From NCBI RefSeq assembly GCF_006345805.1, contig NC_043006.1, positions 91,326,001-91,390,000 of the forward strand: DNA of 64,000 bases, in the 5' to 3' direction. The notes beneath the pieces were generated by a model, which did no database searches, was not told the DNA's origin, and saw only the letters and a list, made by a program, of their open reading frames with translations. Positions 39,641-52,451 of the stretch are shown here, piece after piece. The first letter of the stretch is position 1, and each line of letters begins with the position of its first letter. A program made the translations under genes and the position numbers. This DNA is from Octopus sinensis (Eukaryota).

Positions 39641-39676
39641 GAAATTTGAAAAGCTGAGCGCGAAACCGGTCATTTC
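39641..39676 (+). ncRNA. Minimal hammerhead motif, U3-A8 core, in the PLE 3' terminus
   Basis: gaaat-TTGAAAA-GC tgagc GC-GAAA-CCGG-TC-atttt; palindrome ACCGGT, GUC site, stem II only 2 bp. Confidence 0.6.
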
Positions 39677-39849
39677 TTCAAAAACTATGTCATTGTAAGA
39701 AAAAAATTTATAACATTCTTCAGACATAATGACTCAAATATATATTTTTTAACCTTTTAAAACAAGCCTTCTGTAGTTTTTTCACTTTTTACTATTTTCT
39801 ATATATTCAACCACGTGCTTTCACACATCAACTTTCTCACCTATATATA

Positions 39850-39887
<38 letters not shown>

Positions 39888-39944
39888 TATATATATAATA
39901 TATATATATATTATATATATATATATATAATGTATATATATATG

Positions 39945-39976
<32 letters not shown>

Positions 39977-40045
39977 ATTGTGTGTTTATATATGTATATA
40001 TATATATATGTATATATATGTATATAATATATGTGTATATATATG

Positions 40046-40099
<54 letters not shown>

Positions 40100-40147
40100 A
40101 TATATATATATGTGTATATATATGTATATATATAATATATATGTATA

Positions 40148-40198
<51 letters not shown>

Positions 40199-40210
40199 AT
40201 ATATATGTAT

Positions 40211-40715
40211 AAATCCTTAAATCCTTAAAAATGTTTTAGCCGAAGGCCGCGGCCATGCTGGGGCACCACCGCTGAATGAGCTACTAGTTTGTGAATCCCC
40301 TCTGATACGTGGCACTTGATCAACAAGGGAGTTCGATGCTGCTGCCCGCATCCGTGTCTCCTGTCGTGAGGTAGGTTCATCTGGGACTCCCAACAAGAAG
40401 AGATCCAGTTTAGTTTTAAAGAAACCCACATCCACACCATGTAAGTCTCTCAGGCATTTAGGGAGGATGTTAAAGAGCTGTGGTCCTCTGAAACCCAAGC
40501 TGTTGCAGTATCTGGACCTGTATTTTGATGGTGATGTTGGAATCCTTGGCACCACGCAGCGGCGCCCCGTTCTCTGCGGTTGCAGTAACTTTGAATGCCA
40601 AAGTTTGGGACAGACCCTCCAGGATTTTCCAGATGTATATCACTGCATATCTCTCCCGCCTCCGCTCCAGGGAGAAGAGGTTTAATACCTTCAGTCTTTC
40701 CCAGTAGCTGACATT
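40211..40715 (-). mobile_element. CR1-clade LINE 3' end in (TA)n
   Basis: [21 protein letters not shown]...GPQLFNILP...FKTKLDLFL..VPDEP...AAASNSL, then a 3' stem-loop and (AAGGATTT)2 tail. Confidence 0.85.
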
Positions 40716-40776
<61 letters not shown>

Positions 40777-41380
40777 TATGTGTATATATATGTATATATA
40801 TATATATATGTGTATATATATGTATATATATATATATGTGTATATATGTGTATATATATGTATATATATACATATATATATATATGTGTATATATATATA
40901 TATATATTATATAGAATATACATATATAGATATATGTGTATATATATATATATATATACATATATATACACATATATATATATATACACATATATATATA
41001 TATATATATACATATATACACACATATATATATATGTATATAACTATTATATATATATCATATATATCACATATAATATATATAATGTATATATATATTA
41101 TATATATGTATATATATATTATCATATGTAATATCTATATAATATAATATATATATATCATATATATATATATTATATATATATATGTATATATGTATAT
41201 ATATATATGTATGTATAGAACAGTTGTATACTGTCAACTCAACGTGACAGTCCAACACCACTGCTATTTAGTCCTAGGAAGCATCAACGCTTCCTGTCGG
41301 CCTTGACACATTTCCTGTGTCCTTATGTTTACACGGGCGGGGGGGGGGGCGACAAACACCCCCACCCAGCTAAGCCTGCA

Positions 41381-41422
41381 TCCAGAGACATGTTTCTGAG
41401 TCTTGCTCGTCATCAGTATGAA
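41381..41422 (-). ncRNA. Minimal hammerhead motif
   Basis: ttcata-CTGATGA-c-GAG caaga CTC-a-GAAA-CATG-TC-tctgga; palindrome ACATGT, GUC site, one mismatch in stem I. Confidence 0.6.
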
Positions 41423-44153
41423 GTAGCATGGCTTGCTAGTTGGTTGAAGATACCTGTCTAGACCTTGCAAACATATAATTTCAGTGAAGTAAATTCACTG
41501 ATCACACACGTTAAATTGACGGTATACAACTGCTCTATCATTCCACCACTGCTTATATCTCTCTGAGATATTTAGAAATTTAATATTTCTATTTTTTGTG
41601 GTCGGTGAATTTACTTCACTGAAATGATCGATGGAATAAGTACCCTGGTTTAAGGAAAGAAAAGCCTTGGGGTCGTTTCGTTCGACTAAAATCCTTCAAG
41701 ACTGAAACAAATAAAAGAGAAGACGAATGCTAATATTTCAATGCAAATGCCGGGAACCGCTTTGCTGAGCAGATTAGAGGTTTCAGGTGATAAATGTCGA
41801 CCCATCTGTGTACAAATGTTAACAGCAAAACATCATTTACCTATTTCCTATAATTCCAGTCATAGAAAGGAAAAGCCAATTGGTTACTTGGCCAAGTCCT
41901 TCAATTTCTTTAGTCGAATCCATAAATTGTTGGCCAGCGTCCTACTAAAGACATGTTTGTATGATATTCATAGCTTGTTGAAGCCGTAATCAATATGTCA
42001 GAGACATATTTGAAAATAAGAACATTTAAACTTGGAGAACTTCCAGAATAGTTAAGGATCTAGAAACCCACCCAAAAGTCTGACATCCTATCCCCACTTC
42101 CCAACCGACATCGGCGATTGCTTTTACAACTATTGGCCTTTTAAGATACTAAAAGATGTCAAATCTTTTATCTTTTACTTGTCCCATTCATTGGAATGCG
42201 ACCATGCTGGGGCACCGCCTAGAACGGTTTAGTCGGACAACTCGGCTCCACTTATTATTTTTTTCAACTCTGGTACATATTTTATCTGCATAATTTGCCG
42301 AACTGCTAAGTTACAAAGTAATATATATAAACCACGGATCAGCTGGAACTCTCGTCGTCGTCGAAACTGACGGAGTTCCAGTTGCATGTGTTTTGTGTTT
42401 ATGTGTGAGTCTGTTATAAAAGTATTGTGTATTCGTAATAAAAACAGCAACATTTTGTTATTGTATTAAAACTTTAGAAACTAATTTATAAATGTCAGCT
42501 GTTCTGCCGTAAATTTTGTTCGGGAGAATATATCATTTCAAACGGAACTTCTTTGAATGAATCTTCTCACAAATCAATAGAATATTTTCAAGGACGAAAT
42601 TACAAATACATTGCAAGAAAATATTTACAAATAAAAAGCAACATTATATTTCATATGCACAAAATATATCTTCTGGGTATTTGGTAACCAACTGTGAATT
42701 CTGATTAGAAATTGCAAATATCAACACCGTTATATTTTTAACAGATCTTAAAACACATCACATTATTCAAATATAATTAGATTAACTTAAACCAAAATAT
42801 CAAGATGGAATGCAAACCATTTCATCCAAAGAAGAAATGATGTTACAAATTTCAGTTAAAATTAATTTTTACTCAGAAGTTTTATTTACTAAAACATTTT
42901 TATGGAAAACTTACTACATTACTACTTCACAATTTAATAAAGTGAGAAGAATAGTCTTAAAATAAACATTGAAACGTAGTCAAGCAAGGAATATATTACG
43001 AAAATATTTATTTTGTTTCATAGATTTTAACATGGGGATAGTTTTGAAAACAGAAAAAAATTACAATTACAAATTGCTTTGCTTAGTGGTTTTTTTTCTT
43101 TCTTTGTTGTTTAGTCTCATGTCAAACAAATCAAGTAAATCATAGTGATTCCAACCATGATCTTCACATCTTTTTTTATATATATATATCAGAGACTAAT
43201 TGCATTATACAATGTATCTTTCTTGATTTAAAATGCATAGAATTCAAATCAGATTTAGCTGTTATTTCCATCAGATAGAGTGACCACAAAGTGTTTCGTA
43301 CGTTTGGCTCATTCTTATTTGCTTGACTCGTCGTCTTTGATCGGAGTTCATTCAGTTACTAAACATTCGGTCCAGACCCTTCGTCTCAGAATAACTTACT
43401 TCCACCATTTTAGGAGATTCAGGAAACACGATGCGGCCTGTTCTACATTCTCCAACTAAAATGCTTTTCTAGCTTCTACTCTGCTTTTTTTCTATTACTA
43501 TTTGTTTTTCGATATCTCGACACAGAATTCCAATATCATTGATCACAAGTACTCTAACATCTCACGTATTTTACCTCCGCTTTTGGCATTTGATAATAAC
43601 TGCTTCAGTCGTATTGACAACAGTGTGTAACATAGATAGCAACGAGAATTGTTAGTCATTATTAGATTTTCTCTGATATGCAAAAAGTATAACATACATT
43701 TCTTGATTGCTGGACTACAGAGACCGAAATCTACCAGATTCGTCTTTTTCTCCCCTTTACTCTAATTCAATTCTTTCGATCTGTCTGACAAAGCACATCT
43801 ACACACATCCCTCGTGAAATCTTGCCATAATAAAATTGTTATCTTCATTATTTTTCATTGCTACATAAATAATGCGATAAGTATTTTTCTCGGAAAAGTA
43901 AACTTTTGGCTTCCATGTTAACCCAACATCTCAGTAAATGGTTGTCTGAATTCATCGCCTGGTTTAAAGCCATAACAGGGCCGTTGGGTGTCTTCAGTAG
44001 ATTGAGGTCTCTTGTAAACACTTGTGCCAGAATACCAAAGCCTTCCTGTTTTTCTCGTCGGTTTCTGAGGTTCTGAAAGTAGCTGCAGATGCTGTTATTC
44101 AATCTCTGCCCAAATTATAAAAATCTTTGAAAAAAAGAAAAACGATGCTAGAA

Positions 44154-44221
<68 letters not shown>

Positions 44222-44624
44222 TATATTAAAGATTGTTGCTTTGTAGTGTTTAGTCAATCACTTCGCCTCGAGTATATCCTTTACGTTTGGGACTTATTCA
44301 ACAGAATTCCCTCTCACAGACCGTTAAGTTACTAGGACAGAAGCAAGACTACTCAAATACTGACTATTTCCAGTTTAGCTTCGAATTTAGATTTCTAATA
44401 ACGTGCTTTTTTTTTTTTTGCCTTTCGTAATTGCCCGGAGATGGCGTGGTTATCGAACCTGTGTTCATCGAACCTATGTAACTGACTGAAGGACGACCAA
44501 CAAACTGTGAAACGGAACGTTAGGAGACTCTGTCTTTTTTTCTTCCGTAGCGTAAATATTTGTTGACATTCTCAATGAACACAAAGTGGGGCTTTCTAAT
44601 ATTTTCTCTGAAGTATATATATAG

Positions 44625-44743
44625 TAATAATAATAATGATAATAATAATAATAATAATAATAATGATGATGATAATAATAATAATAATAATAATAATGAT
44701 GATTAATATAATATGAATGATAATAATAATAATAATAATGATG

Positions 44744-44775
<32 letters not shown>

Positions 44776-44867
44776 TAATAATAATAATAATAATGATGAT
44801 AATAATAATAATAATATATAATAATAATAATAATGATGATAAAATAATAATAATAATAATGATGATG

Positions 44868-44927
<60 letters not shown>

Positions 44928-44960
44928 TGATAATAATAATAATAATAATAAATATAATAT
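44625..44960. repeat. (AAT)n/(GAT)n compound microsatellite
   Basis: Direct reading. Confidence 0.95.
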
Positions 44961-45248
44961 ATATATACATGCATATATGGGTACAGGATGTCACCAACGG
45001 TGCAAATAACATGAAATATGTAAATAACAAGAAAAAATGAAAACAGGACCAGTAAACACAGAGAAACGACTCTTCATCAGTTGTCGGCTGTCTATCTAAT
45101 CCTCATTTCAAGCATTCAACGACAACATGAGTATTCAAAGACAGTTGCTCCCATAAATTCTAAAATGAAATTTAGGATTTATGGAAGGTCAAAGTTGGGA
45201 ACAAAAAAATAACAGTGAAGACATACAAGGAAACCGAACGATATCTAC

Positions 45249-45336
<88 letters not shown>

Positions 45337-45414
45337 ATACACACAAACGAATTTTTTGCGTAATGAGATAAAAAACCAAGGCTGTATAGATATTAGAGCA
45401 TTTATAGATAGAAG

Positions 45415-45466
45415 GTCTTACAGCTGTTTCTAGGATATTAATTAATAATATCCCTTCATCGGAGAC
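45415..45466 (-). ncRNA. Minimal hammerhead motif inside a 72-bp inverted repeat
   Basis: GTCT-CCGATGA-a-GGGATATT...AATATCCT-a-GAAA-CAGCTG-TA-AGAC (U4C). Arms 45347-45418 and 45473-45543. Confidence 0.6.
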
Positions 45467-45909
45467 GGTGTGAGACCTTCTATCTATAAATGTTCTAATA
45501 TCTATACAGCCTTGGTTTTTATCTCATTACGCAAAACATTCGTATATACACACGCTGACATAGAACCGACGTTGAACCCTTTATTCACAATATTACCGAA
45601 TCTGGAACTTAACTATGGTCTGTCTATAGCACTTATTCACCCGACACCTTTGGGTCTCAATGACATCATTATCTCTCTTATATATATATATATAACACGA
45701 TGCGGCCTGTTCTACATTCTCCAACTAAAATGCTATAGGGGGGCAAAGGAAAGTGATTGCGTCTCTCATAGCCTCTCCTCTCCAGGTATAATGATCGCTG
45801 CAGAACTTCTACTTGGCTGCACCTTGTGGAAAGTTCTTGCTTATGGCCTCTCCTGCACTACTGTGTCCACAGCAGCACCTTCACGCGGTACCCCCTGTTC
45901 TCACTGAGC

Positions 45910-46323
45910 CTGCTGTGTGGCGCGACCGGGTGCTTGGCGGTATAACCAGGTGGGCAGACTGGGCTCGTTAGCCTTGGTTGGCAGCCAGTCTAGGAGAAGG
46001 AAAACTCTGACTTCAAACCCTCGCTCCGCTGCCTTGCGGATGCTCTTGGGAGAGGGAAAGGCTATGGGAGTAAACCCAGACAGAAAATCCGGAGTGGAGC
46101 CCCGAAGGCGGTAGGGTGTCGAATCTCGACCCTTTTCCGGCAACTCCTGCAGCCAACCAGACTCCAAACGTACTGCACTGCATTCCTTTGGATTATGTCT
46201 GGGGTCCGAGAGGGAGATTCTGGTGTCTGGGCAGCCCAGTGTCTTCGTTCCTACCGCTCAGGCTTGCGCCATGGAGAAACTACTCCATCGATGGAACAAG
46301 ATGAGATGGCAGTTACGAGAGAT

Positions 46324-46325
<2 letters not shown>
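45910..46325 (+). mobile_element. Probable RTE-clade LINE 5'UTR fragment
   Basis: gccttggttggcagccagtctaggagaaggaaaactctgacttcaaacc...ggagtaaaccc...aaatccggag recalls RTE/Expander 5' regions (recognition only). Confidence 0.5.
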
Positions 46326-46408
<83 letters not shown>

Positions 46409-46790
46409 TAAGTCGTACTATATGTTCAGGTGGTGCTAATAATTAGACATGGTCTGAGCCAGTCTTTGGTCGAAACATCTAAATTATGTATATATATATA
46501 TATTAAAATATATGCATGTTAATATGGTGTTCGGGCAGAATCTTTAGCACGGTGGGCAAAATGTTTTGCGGCATTTTGTCCGTTTTTATTTTTTTCTGAG
46601 TTCAAATTCCGCCGAGTTCGAGTTTTATCACTTTCGTGGTCGATGAAATTAGAACCAGTTTAGTATTGGGACCGATGTAATCGACTAGCCCGCCCCAAAA
46701 TTTCACCTAAACAACTTCACTCTCACTTTACCATTTTTACTAATTAAATAATGGCTTCTGTTTGTTACTTGTCCTCTATTTTCTTCTCGC

Positions 46791-46819
<29 letters not shown>

Positions 46820-46838
<19 letters not shown>

Positions 46839-47755
46839 GTAACAATAGGATAACTTCTTAATAAGGAATCTTAACAAGAAATTATCAGGTAGATAGCGTG
46901 AAAAACCTCATAAGAGAAAAATTTCGAAAATAATTCTTCTTATTGAACATATATATATATATTTGTATATAAATAAAAGAGGCAGGCAACAGGTTGCTTA
47001 GCCACATAACGAAAAATTAGAAATAGCAGTCAAATACTGCTTATTTCTATTTTCTACGAACGAGACTCCACATACGACATTTCCCCGCGATTCACATATG
47101 CAAAACAGAAGGAAGAAATAACGAAAGCAAAGTCTAATGGTTATTTACGAACGCGTTTCTAGATTAGGAATAAAATATAAATTCCATGCCTTTCATCAGC
47201 GTAAACCTCCACTAAAATAGATTTATCAAATGCTACGTACCTCCACTTCTCGATCAGGCGACATCGAAATAGTGAAGAAAGCAAGCATAGGCCAAACCTA
47301 TATAGACAAACCTATAATCCGCAAATTTTCCCTCCAAAATTTTACCATGCGTATTACAAAAATAGTTACTTAGAGATAGAAACTATGGGTTATTGTAAGG
47401 GAGTGAAAATTTCAATTAGTAATATAATAAGAGTAAATAACAGCTTTAATGGTCTTTTAAAAAAACCAACGATTATTTACGGGTAGATTTCGGCAGGTAG
47501 ATATAACCGTTAACGGTAAGAACTTCTCTAAAAGTTCAATATATATTTTTGTATATAGATAAAAGAGGCAGGCAACAGGTTGCTTAGCCGCATACCGAAA
47601 AATTAGGAATAGCAGTCAAAGACTGTTGCCTAGCTCTTTTATTTATATACAAAAATATATATTGAACCGTTAACGGTCATATTTACATGCCGAAATCTAC
47701 CCGTAAATAATTGTTTTTTTTTAACCATTAAAAACTATTATTTGCTCTTATTATA
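46820..47755 (-). mobile_element. Non-coding PLE-like terminal-repeat element in (TA)n with direct and nested inverted repeats
   Basis: Direct repeat 46962-47039 / 47548-47625; foldback 47424-47755; hammerhead motif at 47143-47206. Confidence 0.65.
47143..47206 (-). ncRNA. Minimal hammerhead motif, canonical core
   Basis: TTTACG-CTGATGA-[aagg..ggaat...attcc..tcta]-GAAA-CGCG-TT-CGTAAA; 6-bp stem I, palindrome ACGCGT, GUU site. Confidence 0.7.
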
Positions 47756-47817
47756 TATATATATATAATATATATATATATAATATATATATATATATTA
47801 TATATATATATGTGTGT

Positions 47818-47861
<44 letters not shown>

Positions 47862-48989
47862 GTAAAAAATATATACAAACTGGGACAAGAACGTGAAACA
47901 CCTAGAAGACGACACAAGAACCACAGGACGGGACATTCGAAGCCTTCAGTCATCAGTCAAGAACCGGATCATCTTCGCAATTTCGGCTGATTAATCTTGA
48001 GATTGCTCCGACCTGGGCAGCCACCAAGGGAGTACACGTACATGTGGGTAAGAGCACTTTTGCATAAAAGGAGAGTGTATATGTTCGACCAGAATCGGAT
48101 TTCCGATTTTTATATTAGATTAATGCTTCTTCATGTTTTTGTATAGGAATGTTTTAATCAGAAATCTATTCTCATATGCCAGGGATGCAATCTGCTTCTG
48201 GGGTGATCGTGTTAAAACAATAATTTCTAAAACAGATATTATTGGAAAGAACAACATAAACCCAGCTGAGTATTTCAGGACGACAAGATTTTCCCCGAGA
48301 GTGATAATAAATGGCGGATAACTTGAGCAATGTCATGGATGATAACACAAATAATATCTTCCATACTGGTATGGCACGATCGTTCTCATCCATTACAACC
48401 GGTTTGGATTAAAAACGATCTTATCCTCGCCCCCACCACACACACACACTCTCTCTCTCTCTCTTTTTCTCTCACACATATCTACGTTGTATGCGCGTTA
48501 AGGTACATAAATGTGAAAGAAAGAGTAATTACTCAATGTATGTATTTGAGCTTATTCACCTAGCCACACACACACACACACGCACACATACTCACACACA
48601 CACATCCATATATAAAAAATAAAAAATATATTATATGTATGTATATGTATGTATATATCCATACTCACATACTCATACATATATGCATGCCCCTGTGTGC
48701 AAGTATGTGTATGTAAGTCGCTGGTTCTCCGTCGGTTACAGCGACGAGTGTTCCAGTTGATCCGATGTCATAACAACCTGCTCATGAAATGAACTTGCAA
48801 GTGGATGAGTATTCCACAGATATACGTCCCCTTAACGTAGTTCCCGGGAAGATCCAGTGTGATACAGAATGTGGCAAGAGCTAACTCTTTGAAATACGGA
48901 TATAACTAATCTTTACCAGTTCGACTAGGGTTCGTGGTTTCCGCGATCGATGTCCATGTATATGTGTGTACATGTGTTGTGTATATATA

Positions 48990-49041
<52 letters not shown>

Positions 49042-49163
49042 TGTGTGTGTGTATGTATATATAGTTAATCCAAACATGAAAGCACAAAGATAAAACAACA
49101 ACACGAGGACGTGGAACAAGTATAGTGTTATTGGATGCTAAGGAGAGGAAAGAAAGAAGGAGG

Positions 49164-49198
49164 GTTTAACGTTTCGAAAAGAGCTTTTCGTCAGAAAC
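49164..49198 (-). ncRNA. Minimal hammerhead motif (extra-A family), stem II degenerate
   Basis: GTTT-CTGACGA-aaagctcttttc-GAAA-CG-TT-AAAC. Confidence 0.5.
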
Positions 49199-49424
49199 AT
49201 AGGAAAAAGAAAGATACAAGGAAGGGAAGACGGAGGAAAAAAATCTCCAACGATACACATGCAGTCACATTTTTCATTATATATATATATACCGGGAAGA
49301 GTACCCAAATACCGGAGGTAGAGTAATATGCTTCATTTAAAAGCAGCAGAAATGTAACAAAAGCTGTTACTCGGAGTTTCACGTTCCCATACATATATAT
49401 GTATGTGTGTGTGTGTGTGTTTGT

Positions 49425-49473
<49 letters not shown>

Positions 49474-49968
49474 TGGATGTGTGAGTACAGGATAGCTTAT
49501 TAGGTTTTGAGGGAACAAAACACAGCGTGTTAGTGCAAGCAAAGAGAAGAGCGACCGATCGCCAATGCAATAAACACTGGTAACTAGTTGTACTTCTATC
49601 AGCATTAGACATAAATTCTCCATAATTAAAGTCTACGAGTTGAGTTAGTATATAAGTGAGTAGTTTCAATTAGTGACATTTGAATAGCTTAAATTATTGT
49701 ATAGTAAAGTTTATTAGTGGAAAAAGCTAATTAGAAGGAGAGTTGTCTGGAGGGGAAGATAGGTGTGCCATGGGAAGGAGTGATATCGGGTAGGTAAAGC
49801 ATCAATTGGGGTCCTTATTTACACATATAAGCAATAATAATGAGATTGATGCTAGAATCTTACCGAAGGTCATTAACGGCGTTAGAGAAGTCAATTTGTT
49901 TTAAAGTAGCTTAGAAAATGGTTGGCGATGTCAAATTACCGGAAACTTTGTAGCGATCAAACGCACAC

Positions 49969-50012
<44 letters not shown>

Positions 50013-50272
50013 TCTCACAAACATACACACACATATTTGTTTGTATATAATATATAATGATTCGAATAAGTATTTCGGAATTATCACATATGCGCGCGCG
50101 CGTGTGTGTATTCACGCATATATATATATATATATTAATACACACACATATACATATATCTATGTATAGTATATATAATGATTCGAATAAGTAAACCTAT
50201 ATGTATATATACATATATAGATATACATACATACATATGCATACATATACATACATATGCCTACATATTCAT

Positions 50273-50303
<31 letters not shown>

Positions 50304-50449
50304 CAGCCACAAACATACACGCACTTACACTCAAAGTGCGTGTGTGTATACGTGTGCATTTGTGTGTGTATCGTAAGTAAAGGAATGGTTATTTCGTGAC
50401 TAAACCGAAAACAGTTGTTTTGCGCCGAGCGATTAACGTGAAAGAGATA

Positions 50450-50501
<52 letters not shown>

Positions 50502-50563
50502 AGAGAGAGAGAGATTGAGAGAGAGAGAGAAAGAGAGATAGGCAGTGAGAAAGAGAGAGGGAC

Positions 50564-50619
<56 letters not shown>

Positions 50620-51278
50620 GTGGAGTTTCATAAAATCAGCAGATAAACTCCTTTATTCGATTCCAAAGTAACAAAAAGAAATAAGTGGTGAGTGACAAGA
50701 ATTTTCATAACAAAGATGGAGGCGTATTAAACAACGTAGAAAATAACTTCTTGATTTATTACAGAAATTATTCCTTGAGCGAAGGCGAGCAACTGATGGT
50801 GAATGGGATCGTCTCACCGACTAGAATTTGGACATAATCTCAAGACTCGTGACTTCCCCGAAAAGTGTAGCCATTGAGGAAGAAGCGGTGTTTTTTGCCC
50901 TAAGGACCAGAAGGCACCTGTCATCGTCGTCGTTGTGGTGTTTGTTCTTCAATAAACTCCATCAAGAAAAACAGATGTTATCTTCAGTAGAGACGAAGTA
51001 GGATACATGCAAACGAAAATGAGCAAAACTGAGAAATTACTCCGAGCGATCATTAGGGATGGATTTGAACAACATAGACAAATGCAGGTACATCAAATAC
51101 TATACGTTAAAGGGATCTCTGCTTCTTGCGGATGTATTAAAATGACTAAAATGGCAATTCTGATCAGTTTTACTTGAGAAGAGGAGATAAAATCAAGAAT
51201 CAAGAATTCATTAAATTTGATTTACCATTAAAAAAAAGGACAGGCATATCGTTTGGAGATGATCTCTCTCTCTCCCTT

Positions 51279-51352
<74 letters not shown>

Positions 51353-51441
51353 AATGTATGTATGTATGTATGTATGTATGTATGTATGTATGTATGTATG
51401 TATGTATATGTATGTATTATTCTTTAACAATTAATGCCATC

Positions 51442-51513
51442 GGCAGTGAGTTCGAAGTTTCGGCTAGTTAAACCATCATCGGCTTAGTTGACCGAAACTT
51501 CGAAGTCACTGTC
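51442..51513. ncRNA. Snap-back pair of hammerhead 3' halves
   Basis: Minus: CCGATGA-t-GGTT taact AGCC-GAAA-CTTCGAAC-TC-actgcc. Plus: ...gacc-GAAA-CTTCGAAG-TC-actgtc. The 5' strand of stem I is absent. Confidence 0.4.
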
Positions 51514-51683
51514 AATGCTTTTTATGTTTAAGAATAATAAATTTATACTCTACCAAACGTATTGAGTGATCTTTCAATTTAATGGACAATCGTTTTTATT
51601 ATAGCATAAAAAACATGCATTAGTATATATACATATTTGTATGCATGTATGTCTGTGAGTATCCATCCATCCGTCCGTCCGTT

Positions 51684-51774
<91 letters not shown>

Positions 51775-52451
51775 GTCTGTCTGTCTGTCTGTCTGTCTCT
51801 GTCTGTCTATCTATCTATTTAATTTTTGTGTGTTTTGTCACAATAGATGAAAAAAATTCCATTTTATATATGAGAACTTTTTAAATATAATAATTGATCT
51901 TGCCGGTGAAAAGTTACCAGTGAATTCTAGAAGTTCTAAGTTCACCTATATGAATATTAGAGCACACACACTCACACACATTCGCACAGGCTTGTGAATA
52001 AGGGTAATTATGTAGAAAGATGCTTTTCTTTAATTGTAATTAATGCATTTGTGTGTAAAAGGTGTTTACAAGCCCACAAGAAAATACAGCAGAATTGTAT
52101 TAGTTTCAAGTATGGATGCACATAAGTACTTTGATATACAGAGTGGATGGATATACAAATAAATGAGATTTACTTAACACAACACAAATAAGTTCTGTAA
52201 CAAACACTTTTACACACACATTTTTGCGCGTGTGTGTTTGTGTGTGCATATGTATATAATGTGTGTATATAGGGTCAGGAGTGGGTGTGTGGTAAGTAGC
52301 TTGCTTACCAACCACATGGTTCCACACTCAGTCCCACTATCCCGCTGCATGGCACTGTCTTCTACAGCCTTGGGCCAACCAAAGCTTTGTGAGTGGATTT
52401 GGTAGACGGAAACTGAAAGAAGTCCGTCGTATATATATATATATATATATA

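Larger units (their letters stand above)
37635..39840 (+). mobile_element. 5'-truncated Penelope-like element (Neptune-type), inserted in (TA)n, with an inverted 3'-terminal segment at its 5' end
   Basis: FYGLPKIHK, SFDVVNLYT, MGTRAAP, RFLDDCF, LPFLD and CHPRHTK (PLE RT). CGRPNCATC linker. GIY-YIG IIYVIKC...YVGST. 37635-37711 is the reverse complement of 39722-39798. Confidence 0.92.

Noticed and set aside
43848-44102. 84-aa minus-strand ORF behind an acceptor at 44073
   Set aside because: No recognisable homology and no convincing donor.
45060-45130. CTGATGA-AGAG..CTCT on the minus strand
   Set aside because: The hairpin is not followed by GAAA.
47925-48010. CTGATGA and CTCAAGA...GAAA motifs on the minus strand
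   Set aside because: Stems I and III cannot be formed; probably a repeat end, but not supportable as an HHR.
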